Below, in pieces: positions 14,163-25,179 of a DNA stretch of 64,000 nt. The notes beneath the pieces are model-generated. The model was not told where the DNA came from, did not search any database, and saw only the letters and a list, made by a program, of their open reading frames with translations. This DNA is from Azolla caroliniana. Its lineage: Eukaryota > Plantae > Polypodiophyta. The stretch lies in assembly GCA_043228905.1 (NCBI GenBank), contig JBHGNT010000022.1:12028001-12092000 (forward strand), read 5' to 3'. The translations under genes and the position numbers were made by a program. The first letter of the stretch is position 1. Each line of letters starts with the position of its first letter.

Positions 14163-16576
14163 GTTATTATAGAATTTAGCTAAGTTGTCTTTCGTCGACT
14201 GAATTATAGTTGTCGGCCAAGTATTATAGGCAACAACATGTTATATGTTTTGTTTTGTTGGATCTTTTCCAAATCATGCAGCTTGCAAATATAGAGATTG
14301 ATTTGAAATTTCTTCTGGTCTACAAAAGTTGATGGTCGTGCTCAGTCTAAAGTTAAATGAGATGTAATTACCTTACCTTGTTCCAAAGGAGGATTTGTTA
14401 TTATTGATCCAATAGACCAACCCATAACATTGTTGGCAAAATTCATTATTTAATTTAGAGGATTTACTCAAATTTTAGTTATGCTTTGTTCCCTTAGGTT
14501 CACCCAGGTCAAATCGTTGTTCTGAATGCTTTTATCGCTTAGGTGCATTGTGGTCAAAGGATGCAATCTATATCATCATCTCATGGATGGGAGGACAAGC
14601 TTATTTAACCTATTTTTTTTCATGGAAGCAAGTCTTACCTAGATTGCTTCTGACTCATTATCATGAGTATTTAAGGAAAAGAATATTATGGAACCCTCAG
14701 TTTACAACATCAAATGGTTTAGTGCTAGGATTTAGATAGTGGTTGGTGTAGGGCAAACTAGCGAAAGCTCCTACAAACTCAGTCAGAACTTGACAAAAAA
14801 AATTATCGCGCTCCTGGGAGGAACAAAAGCAAGTACTAGCCACGATTCATGGAGGACAAATAATGTACCAATAAATTCACGAAGCTATGGACAGAGCCAC
14901 CATACCCTCCACTAACTCTCACCTCAGATGGGTAAGGGTTTTTTCAAGACTAGAAGTATTGTTGATTGTAAAAAGGGTATTTAGAGGACAAGACCTTTCA
15001 TCTTTTTAATGTGGATAATGCAAGTCAATTGTCTCCGTAGTAGGGAGTGGTAATCAATTATCATTATGTTTTGGAACACAAAATAAGGTTATAGGATACA
15101 TTGATCATAAATGGTATATTGACCCGTCGATAGAGGACATCAAGTCACATTGGAAGTTGTGGGTGTTGGTTAACCAACCTTTGCTCAGATTGGCATGGGA
15201 CCCAACTAACTATTAGAGGATAGACCCATTTACTGGTAAAACCTTTAAGTTTTTCCAATATTTTTTGCAATTGGGAAGACATATTTTGTTATGTGGATGA
15301 GATGTTTTACCAACTGCATTTCAATATTGGAGTCAATGCGATATTACTCCCAAGTTTTTTGCTAAGTTCTGGGTTAACCAATGGGAAAGAAAACAACCAC
15401 GACAAATACTTCATGTGCAATGGTTACTTGTGCATAGAGTCTTGTCTATTGGCACATGGCTGCATAAGATGGGTGTGTCCTTTAGTTGTGCATCCTATCA
15501 TTTGCAAGTTGAACCTCAAAAACATTGTCTATGGAACGCCTTGAGTATCAATTTTTATGTAAACATCTCCTAAGAATACTTGCTAACTACTTTCGCCCAT
15601 TAATTTTCACATGGGGCATGGTGGTTTGGACATCACTAGTCCATTTTGTTTTTCACTATGATTCTGAGTCTATGGACCATGGTTTAGCACTAATTTCAAA
15701 ATAGTTTGTGTACTTCCTTTAGTGTCTATTCAGTTTTTAGGAAGAAGGAAGGAGATGCAATCATAATGGGAGTTATTGAGTAGTACTACTATATATTACA
15801 TCCGGAAGGCCCATTGCTCTCTAATTTTCCATAAAGCAAGAGCCTCACTTGTTGAAATGGTACATAATATATGGATGGACCATGATACATACTTTAAAGG
15901 ACAATGGAATTGTCTTATTGGAGATTTTGATGCTAAAGCTGCTCAACGCCATCAGTTTCTTAGTCTATGGAAAGCTACTCCACTTATGTCCTCGATAGAC
16001 AATAATCCTTTTTGGCGCTTTCAGCCACCAAGATGATTGCTCTATCCACCAATCACTTGCGAATTGAAACAATGTAAATCACTTTTATTAATGAATGAAT
16101 ATCCTTTAAAAAAAAAACTATAGTTAGGGTTATGATCGAAACAAATACATCGTTGACGCACTTTTGATGTCCACCATTTACAACTGAATAGGGCACCATT
16201 AACACACTTAATTGGGAGTATACAATCATAGCATGTCTTGCCTCTAAGTAACAAGGCTACTTTTGAGCCAAATGGGTTCCCGAGAGGACAACCAAATGTT
16301 TGATAACACGTTCACTTATCATAAGCAGTTGCTCCCTTTTTTCTACTTCTGATACGACCACGACCCTACACTCCATGTCAATGCTCCATAGAGCCTCAAT
16401 CAACTCAACTCGACTGCTTTTTTTTGTTGCTCTGAGAGATGGTAAGGCTGAGTCCTCTTCCTTCTTGTTTCCGTGTGTTGTGGTTGGTGCCAAGATTGGA
16501 CAAAGGAAAGCACGTGTGTGAAGGCGGACAAAGGAAGTTCCAAGTGTGAAATCAGACAAAAGGACGGCCATGCTCC

Positions 16577-16957
16577 TAACAATCGGCAACGGTTCGGTTT
16601 CAAGAGTCAGAAACTGTGGTTTAAACAATTTTACGGTTTTTTATTTTTTATTTTTTATTTTTAAAATTTTTAAAATTTTTAAAAATTGTTTTTAAACAAT
16701 CTTTTCATTTTAGACGTTATTCTCGCATTTTAGGAACATCTTAAAAGTTTTAAAAATTGTAAATAATGAAATATTATAAATTTTAAAAAATAAAAAATTG
16801 ATCTATGTTGAAAACCAAAACCGAACCACGAAACCGCGGTTTTAACGGTTAAAAAATGGTTGAACGGTTTCGTGGTTCGGTTTGGTTCAGGTTTCAAAAA
16901 AAATTAACGGTTCGGTTTGAGGGGTCTCAAACCGAACTGAACCGTTGCCAATTGTTA
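16577..16957. mobile_element. hAT-type MITE
   Basis: TIRs TAACAATCGGCAACGGTTC / GAACCGTTGCCAATTGTTA. 8-bp TSD CATGCTCC/CATGCTAC. Many AACCG subterminal motifs. Confidence 0.85.
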
Positions 16958-17186
16958 CATGCTACATGGAGCCTCGGATCAACTCGACTCTGAGATATGG
17001 TAAGGCCCAGTCTCCTTGTTTCCGTGTGTTATGGCAGGTGCCAAGACAAAGGAAGGCCCGAGTGTGAAACCGGACAAAGGAAGGCCCAAGTGTGAAACTG
17101 GACAAAAGGACGGCCCCAGTGTGAAACCGGACAACTTGCCGCACGTGTCCCACGGCCTCTCTCCTCTTCTGCGTTTCTGGCCCCGT

Positions 17187-17245
17187 CTAACCCTAACCCT
17201 AACCCTAACCCTAACCTTACTCCTCTTCTAAACCCTAATCCTTAA
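17187..17245 (+). promoter_or_regulatory. Telo-box / (CCCTAA)n tract upstream of the SAP gene
   Basis: CTAACCCTAACCCTAACCCTAACCCTAACC plus AAACCCTAA about 200 bp before the ATG, with GGCCC site-II-like motifs further upstream. Confidence 0.5.
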
Positions 17246-17414
17246 CCACTTCTTCTTCTTCTTCTTCTTCTCCACACATCATTCCCTGCGTCAGTCTGCT
17301 CCATTTTCCATTTCTGTATTCTCTTCTGTTTCTTTCTGCCTCTCTCTCTCTCTCTCTCAGTTTTCTGTCTTTGATTTGCTTTGGTTGTTTCCTCTCTGTT
17401 TCCCGAGCTTTTCC

Positions 17415-18452
17415 ATGGCGCAGGAAGGCTGGAACGTTGAAGCCTCTTCCGACAGTATCGATCAATGCCAACATCAACAGAATCAGAATCAAAATAAAGA
17501 TGGCGTTCTTCTTCACTGCAGCAGCAATAACTGTGCCGTCTTCGATATTTCCGATGCTTCCATGAATCTTTGCTCTAATTGCTTCAGTGAAAGGCAAGGA
17601 GGATCTGTTTCTCCTCCTTTCCCACCTCCAGATCTCGATTCCATAGCCATGAGAAGCAAGGATCTGCCCTCTGCATGCTCTGAAAAATCGTGCGTTTCCT
17701 CTGCAAAGAAGCTAGGAGTTGTCTCTCTGGCTCCCAAAGACGCAACTAAAGGTAAGGTCTCCATAAAATGGCATTCTTATGCAAATGCAAATATATAAAG
17801 GACTATTGTTTCTGCACATCCAGATAAATATCTCGCTTCTTCGAAGAAGCGCCCGTTACCTTCAGATGACGCCGCCTTTGATTCAGTGAATTCTGAAAAC
17901 GTAGAGAGATCCATGAAGACTTTTGTTTCATCTTCTGAAGCGAAGGATAAATCAGACATGGTGTGTGTGTTGAACTCACATGACTCATCGGCCTTCGTAG
18001 ACTTTACACAAGCATCTTATCTGCGCACAATAGACTACGCAGCTCAGCCATCATCATCAGATATAGATGCTATACAGCGTGTTCTTCCATCGTCTTCAAG
18101 GAAAATCTCTTCTTCGTCTTCTTTAAGCTGTGATATGGCAGGATCAGATGGTGCTTGCGTAGCTTCTGTAATAGCTTCTGAAGGATCATCAATTGTAGAT
18201 CCATGTTCTCCAATCTCCAGACTTGATCATAAAACTATGAACTGCTCTGATCGCCGAGCTGTGAAGAGATGTTTCATTTGCAAAAAACGAGCTGGCCTTC
18301 TTGGATTCAAGTGTCGCTGTGGAGATATCTTCTGTGCTCTACACAGACATTCTGTCAAGCATAACTGTCCATTTGACTACAAGGCTGCTGCAAAGGATGC
18401 CATAGCCAAGGCCAACCCTCTTGTTAGGGCAAGTAAAATACAGAGAATATGA
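17415..18452 (+). CDS. A20/AN1 zinc-finger stress-associated protein (SAP family); join(17415..17751,17824..18452), ~321 aa
   Basis: MAQE start, A20-like CSSNNC...MNLCSNC, and AN1 finger [39 protein letters not shown]...[14 protein letters not shown]...CAG 72-nt intron removes an in-frame TAA. Confidence 0.85.
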
Positions 18453-20744
18453 AAGTAGTCTCTCCTCGCTTTGCATTACTATGATTTGGATTACAAGGTT
18501 TCTGCAGAAGAAGAATGCATAGCTAAGATCGTCCTGTCATTCTTTGTTTTGCATCTTTTACAAGGAGTTTGTAGAAGTAGGTAAGTGTTGATGAAGAAGC
18601 AGCCATAGTCAAGGCTAACTCTCTTGTTAAGACCAGTTGAACATACAGAAAACTGGAATCATGCCAAGCCATTACATTTATTTGCTTACCTTTGCTTTTG
18701 TTTCTTTTTGCAAAGAAAGGAAAGAAGAAGGCAGAGTAGGCTATGCTAAATCTCTTGTTCAACTCTGGTAAGATGACTGTGAGGAATGTGGTATAATGTG
18801 GCCTGTTGTCTTTTCTTCAGTTTTATCCATTGATTTCCTTAGGGGATGTCTGCATTTCCCATCTTATGTATTTCCTAGCAAAGATTGACATAATCAACCT
18901 GGAATGGAATACTCAATATATGTGACTTTCAATATTTGTGGGTCTGAATTGGCTTCCACTGTGGGGGAGCTCAAGTCAAATATGTATATATGTATATAAT
19001 GAACGTCTTCTGTTTTCCCAACACTTTTCTGGTTCTGTGCTTCCATGTTTCTATGCCCATGAAATGGCCTCTGGTTCTTTTTCTTTTCAAGATTTCAATG
19101 CCCCCCATGAAATGTATGTTCTGAGTTTCTCTTTGCTTAGATACTCCGAAAAATGTTTGGGATGTTGCTCTTGAATGCTGCCTGGAATTTTCTTGATGGT
19201 GGTGGTATCCTATTTGTGGTGTTCATATCAAATTGAATTGAATTGGCGTAATGGCACTTACACTGATTTAAAGCCATACCATATATGAGTAAAATATGGA
19301 TACTTAAAATCTTATACACTGACTGAAACAATGGGAAATGACCAAACGGGCTCTGGCACCATATCAATCTAAATCAATGTATATTGATTGGATTAGTTAT
19401 GCATGATATTAGTCATCACATTTTTGAAGTTGTGTAAGTAATGCAATGGATTATGCAACTATGTAAACGAAGAACAAGAATCACTTATGCATGTTGGTAG
19501 TGATGATGAAGACAAAGAACAAGAATTCAAAGCAAATGTATGTAAAACCTTACTTTCAATGGGTATGTAATTTGTTGTATCTAATACAATGAATGTAGTG
19601 GGTTAAATGGATGGCTCATTACTATGCTATACAAATTTCACTAAACCTATGGTACCAAGTCTCCTAATCAAGTAGCAAAAAAGAAGCATGAGAGATTGGA
19701 AATGGTGGAGGAATCATCTTATAATCTTCTATATTGGGTGAAAATGGCTGTGATCTATCATATAACATTGATGATGAGACCGTGGTTTGAATGGACATGC
19801 CTTGCGTGTACAATGAATTAATATTGCTACAAAATCTAATGTAATCCTTTTCAAATGTTCTTGTAAGAGCTATACTTATGTAGCCTTTGATTGACTTGAA
19901 GCATGAGTGATGGAGCTAAAGGAAGTTTGATAAAACCACTAGATATGAAATAATAAAAATGAATAGATAGAAAAGTTTCCTATTGATGGAAACAAGTAAA
20001 CACAATTGAAACCCTTCTCTCTTACCATTACTTTCATTTACAAGCAATAGACAAACTATAAGTTGATGAGACAAATGTAATACACTTGGACCTCGTAAGC
20101 AATACATAGAATGTGAGTTGATGAAACAAATGTAAAGTTGGGCCTCTTAAGCAATAGATAGACTAAGAGTTGATGAGACAAGTGTAATACATTGAGTATA
20201 TGTGAGTAAAAACATTTTAAGCTTATGTATACTTGGGCACAACTAGCAATTGCTGATGGTGCATTTTCGGATCAAATTGGTTTGGGAGTTTCAGGTTCAA
20301 AATTGTTCAAATAAATCAAAACTTTAAAAACAAAGACTAACCCGCCAATTGTTGTGCAATACAACCGTAATTCACTAGTTATTTGGGAAGCTCACAAAAT
20401 CGGGAAGAACTCCCCCATCAAGCTGTATGGCTTTACGATATCTTTCTAATCCACCAACTAGTTCATCCAAATGATGAAAACCACTTCTTGTACCTTTTTA
20501 CAATCATTGGTAATTGTTAGGAACTACTACTACTACTAGAGGGGTAGTCTCGAAATTATTGGAGAATTAGGGTATCATCAACAAGTAGCATCAACAAAAT
20601 GTGTGCTACAAGTAGAGCAATGTAATTTGCGCATCAAAGGAAAGTGGTCAAGTTAGTTGGATGTGAACAAGTTCATTCCTCTAAATTTATGGTTACCCTC
20701 TCCCCGTAAGCAGTTTTACATATATACTCTTGTAGTATGTTCTC

Positions 20745-21790
20745 CTACTACTACTACTACTACTCCTAGCTAGATAGAGAAGGGTAGTTTGGTAATGATT
20801 GGCAACGTCCTAAACCCTAAACTTGTGTACTACTACTCCTAGCTAGATAGAGAAGGGTAGTTTGGTAATTATTCGAAACGTTCTAAACCGTAAACTTGTG
20901 TACTACAACTCCTAGCTAGATAGAGAAGGGTAGTTTCTTAATATTAGAAACTTCCTAAACCCTATACTTGTGTACTACTACTACTCCTAGCTAGATAGAG
21001 AAGGGTAGTTTGATAATTATTGGAGACTTCCTAAACCCTAAACTTGTATACAACTACTCCTAGCTAGTAACAATTGGCAATGGTTTGGTTTGGTTTGAGA
21101 GTGTCAAAACCGAGCATTTAAAAAATTTGAAACTTGAACCGAACCACGAAACTGTTAAACTGAACCGTTAAAAAAATTCAAACCGCGGTTTCGTGGTTCG
21201 GTTTTGTTTTTCAACTAAGGTCAAAATTTGATTTTTAATTTTTAATTTTTCAAAATTTTAAAGATTTTCCTACAATGTGAGAAAAAGGCTTGAAAATGAA
21301 AAGATTGTTTAAAAAAATAAATTTTAATTTTTTTTTTAAAAACGTTAAACCGTTTAAACCGTGATTTCTAACTGTTGAAACCGAACCGAATCGTTTTAAA
21401 AAACTGAACTTGAACCGAACCGAATTGTTAAAAAAGAAACTGAACTTGAACCGAACCGAATCGTTTAAAAAAAAACTGAACTTGAACCGAACCGAATCGT
21501 TAAAAAAAAACTGAACTTGAACCGAACCGAATCGTTAAAAAGAAAAACTGAACTTGAACCGAACCGAATCGTTAAAAAAAACCTGAACTTGAACCGAACC
21601 GAATCGTTTAAAACAACCTAAAGTTGAACTGAACCGAACCGTTTAAACCGTTAAGCTGCGGTTCGCAATTCGGTTCGGTGTTGCCTTCTTTTGTTAGCTA
21701 GATAGATAGAGAAGGTTAGTTTAGCAGTTACATAATTGGAAACTTCCTAAACCCTAAACTTAGTGTGCTCCTCCTCCTCCTCCTACTACT
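20745..21790. repeat. ~73-bp tandem repeat (CTCCTAGCTAGATAGAGAAGGGTAGTTT...AAACCCTAAACTTGTG), 5 units, the last split by a MITE
   Basis: Unit starts at ~20763, 20836, 20909, 20984 and 21057; the last unit resumes at ~21697. Confidence 0.85.
21068..21696. mobile_element. hAT-type MITE (same family as 16577-16957) with an internal ~38-bp tandem expansion
   Basis: Starts TAACAATTGGCAA and ends TTGTTA, with GCTAG duplicated on both sides. About 7 copies of AACTGAACTTGAACCGAACCGAATCGTT at 21380-21640. Confidence 0.8.
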
Positions 21791-21842
21791 ACAGTCTACA
21801 ACTAAATTCACTAAACTTGGATAAGGTTTCTTGGTTGCAGCC

Positions 21843-23562
21843 ATGGCGGAGCATGCTCCTCTGATTCATGAAATAATTATAGTCGGAGATGGACGTATTG
21901 GCCGTGCTTTTGAGCAGATGGTGATGGCCACTCCACACAGGTAGAAATCCCATTCAATCTTCTCCTTCCTTCCTTCCTTCCTTTCTTTCCCTTGCTCATC
22001 AGAGCATATTGTGGTGATCCATCCATTCTTTCTCTTTTCCTACTGAAAGATCAAGCATGAGAAGAAGAGGCGATTTGGTAGTAGTGCCTGGTTCTGAAGG
22101 ATCACCATCGCCCATACTTGTTGCCACTCATTGTAGCCATCTGGATGCGGTGCTGGAGAGAACGCCGGAGAGCCGATGGAAAGATCTGGTTTTCCTGCAG
22201 AATGGGATGCTGCAACCATGGCTCCATAAACATGGTTTGGAGGAGAACACCCAGGCCTTACTCTACATGTCCTCCGCACCACAAAACCCCCTTCACCCAA
22301 AGGGCACCATGATTGTCAAGAATGGCGGCAGAGGTTCGATGGTATGGGGAAGGTGAGAGAGGATTTATGTGTTGGTGATGTACATATATATATAAAGCTT
22401 TTTGCATCATGTTCCAAAACCCTAATTCTCCTTTTCTTTTTCAAAAATTCGAAGAATTTGTCTATTTCTCTATATGCATATGTGGACACTACAAGTCAGG
22501 CAATCTTTACTAAATTATGACAGAATGTGTCATGTGGAGATTCGATGAGCATCCATCCTCGCTTCCGCAGATACTGGGGAAGGTGAGAGAGGGTTTATGT
22601 GTTGACATCTCTGAGACTTCCCTGTATAAACCTTTTGCATCATGTTCCAAAACCCTAATTCTCCTTTTCTTTTTCAAAAATTCGAAGAATTTGTCTATCT
22701 CTCTATATGCATATGTGGACACTACAAGTATAAAAGTCAGGCAATTTTTACTAAATTATCACAGAATATGTCATGTGGAGATTCAATGAGCATCCATCCT
22801 CGCTTTGCAGATACTGGGGAAGGTAAGAGAGGATTTATGTCGTGAGATGTATGAGACTTCCCTATATAAACCTTTTGCATCATGTTCCAAAACCCTAATT
22901 TTCCTTTCCTTTTCAAAATTCGAAGAATTTATCTATCTCTATATATGCATATGTGGACACTACAAGTCAGGCAATTTTACTGAATTATGAGAGAATGTGT
23001 CATGTGGAGATTCGGTGAGCGTCCATCCTAAACCCTAAACCCTAAACCATGGAGAATGTGTTTTGTCCAATTGGACAATGAGATTTTATTTCGCTTCATG
23101 CGTCGCAGATGGGCGGGCATAGTTGCTCAGATCATGCAAAGTGGAGGTTTGGAGTGTAATAACATCTCTTCCCATGAAGATTTCCTCAAAGCGATGTGGG
23201 AAAAGTTGTTGTGGAGCTCCATCTTTTGGCTCCTAAGTGATGCCCTCGGTGGCATTCCGGTGGGAACGATAGCGCAGCAACACGCGCACCATGTGCAAGA
23301 ATTAACCAGCGAATTGCTGCCCCTTCTGATGATCCGAGAACCTCGGAATGCTTCGTTCGAATCCGAAATGGTGGATCAGCTTTGCACTTATTCCAATTCA
23401 ATTGCCGATGCCGTACCATGTAAGAGTGTGGCTCTGTCCGAGTTTGAGTGGCGAAATGGTTGGTTTCTGGCCCAAAAGATCACGCCATGCCATGTAAAGT
23501 GGCTACAATATGCAGGTGTGAGCAATGATGTACTCAAGATGCCCAACCTCCTTATGGATTGA
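21843..23562 (+). CDS. At1g16080-like / ketopantoate-reductase-like Rossmann-fold protein; join(21843..21940,22050..22352,23109..23562)
   Basis: IIVGDGRIGRA, PILVATH...LDAVLERTPESRWKDLVFLQNGM, EKLLW, VGT, LCTYS and EFEWRNGWF all match the At1g16080 family as I recall it. GT-AG introns keep the frame; an alternative in-frame acceptor lies at 22056. Confidence 0.85.
22346..23030 (+). repeat. Three ~235-bp tandem copies in intron 2, each starting at the exon-2 donor sequence
   Basis: GGGGAAGGT(G/A)AGAGAGG recurs at ~22346, 22576 and 22816 with conserved downstream sequence. Confidence 0.9.
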
Positions 23563-23571
23563 TGCAAACAA

Positions 23572-23824
23572 CATTAATTGTGCTCGTCAATCATCTCATT
23601 CATCGAGCAAGCAAGCATTCAAGAGTAGAGATTCATGAAATTATAATTAATTCAATGTAATTGATGCATATAATCCATAGAAGAAATTTTGATTATCTAC
23701 TTCCACAACATCAATTGTGCTCGTCAATCATCTCACTCATCGAGCAAGCAAGCATTCAAGAGTAGAGACTAATGAAATGATTAATTCAATGTAATCAATG
23801 AAAATTATGACTATCTACTTCCAT
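23572..23824. repeat. ~135-bp tandem duplication in the 3' UTR region
   Basis: AATTGTGCTCGTCAATCATCTCA...CATTCAAGAGTAGAGA occurs at ~23576 and ~23713. Confidence 0.8.
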
Positions 23825-24409
23825 GTTTCATGCCTACCAAACAAGATTGTTGAAAATTACTCATCATGAGGTTTTGCAAAGCTTAAGACAAGTTAACTTG
23901 TATATCTAACAAAAAATACATCATCATTTGTGGAGAGGGAACAAAAAATGCATTAAAAGAATTGGATGAGTGCCACCTTCTCCATGCATGAGAAATCCCT
24001 TATGACAACGTAAACATTGAACATATATACAGTCAAACACAGCAAGCATGAACAAGAGTAACCCTAAACTATATTGGAAACTCTCTTACAAATCGTCTCG
24101 TACCTTGGAGAAAATTAGTGGTTGAATAAAGTATGAGTTGAGCCTAAGGGGTTGTCTTCCCAATTAAGGCTGAAAACCATCAATTGTTTGATGTATGCGT
24201 TCCATGACAATCAAAACTTGGTCATAGAACTTAAGGGGAGAACAAAATCCCCTTACATTCCACCGAACTAACCGCTTTCTTGACTCACTACTAACTAACT
24301 AGTCCACCGAAACAAAATGGGCCAAACTAACTAGTCCTACATCATAAGAACGATGGCATGCAACTATTAACCTAATCTGTGGGTCCAAATGGGCATGGGG
24401 ACGGGAATT

Positions 24410-24708
24410 CATCCCTCATCATCCCCTTACCACCCCCCCAACCCACGTTTTCATGTGTCGAGACGAGACATGACATAAAATGGGGTCGGCTTCGACCAAT
24501 AATATTTCCATTGGCATGTGTCACCCATGGCTAGCTTGTATCCATAATTGTGGCCACCCATCCCTCATCTTCCCCTTACCACCCCCCCAACCCACGTTTT
24601 CATGTGTCGAGACGAGACATGACATAAAATGGGGTCGGCTTCGACCAATAATATTTCCATTGGCATGTGTCACCCATGGCTAGCATGTATCCATAATTGT
24701 GGCCACCA
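24410..24708. repeat. 149-bp tandem duplication
   Basis: CATCCCTCATC...GTGGCCACC twice; identical short ORF starts at 24480 and 24629. Confidence 0.85.
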
Positions 24709-24871
24709 TGAAGAAAGAAGCTCCCCACCCTCCCCAACAACAATTGTATGCCTTTATCTCTGTCTCTATCTCTCTATATCAATTCCCATGGTTTTATTTG
24801 ACATTCTGCTTGGGCGATCCGATCCATTCATAGCTGCTTCCTATCCATCCAAAGGATCAACTCATAGAACT

Positions 24872-25046
24872 GCATGTATGAATGAATGTATGTATGTATG
24901 AATTGCATGTGTGAATGTATGTATGTATAATGTATGTATGAATTGCATGTATATATGTATATATGTATGCATGTATGAATGAATGAATGTATGTATGTAT
25001 GTATGTATGTATGTATGTATGTATGTATGTATGCGTGTGTATGAAT
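24872..25046. repeat. (ATGT)n / (ATGA)n microsatellite
   Basis: Read directly from the sequence. Confidence 0.9.
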
Positions 25047-25179
25047 CAATCGGTTAGGCTTTTTTGCTCAATTCATTCAGTTTGTTTGTGTGTCTTTTCC
25101 TAATCCAATTCGATCTGATTTCTAACCCTAATCCATTCCTGACCCGCCAGCAGAGACAGAGAGGGAGGGGAACAAAAAT

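Larger units (their letters stand above)
7570..16117 (+). mobile_element. Degenerate L1-type LINE ORF2 (endonuclease, RT, C-terminus, poly-A), split by two insertions
   Basis: Endonuclease motifs LTWNVQG (~7575), LVQE, LLNVYAPN, IVGDFN and RLDR. RT motifs KWRPITILN, QERSILDN and EFVDD (9300-10000). The LINE-like sequence resumes at 14163 and ends FWRFQPPR, followed by A10 at 16108-16117. Many stops and frameshifts. Confidence 0.85.

Noticed and set aside
17187-17220. (CCCTAA)n as an interstitial telomere or chromosome fusion
   Set aside because: Only about 4-5 units in a promoter/5' UTR context, typical of telo-box tracts.
21380-21640. ~38-bp repeats as a CRISPR array
   Set aside because: Head-to-tail repeats without unique spacers, inside a hAT MITE.
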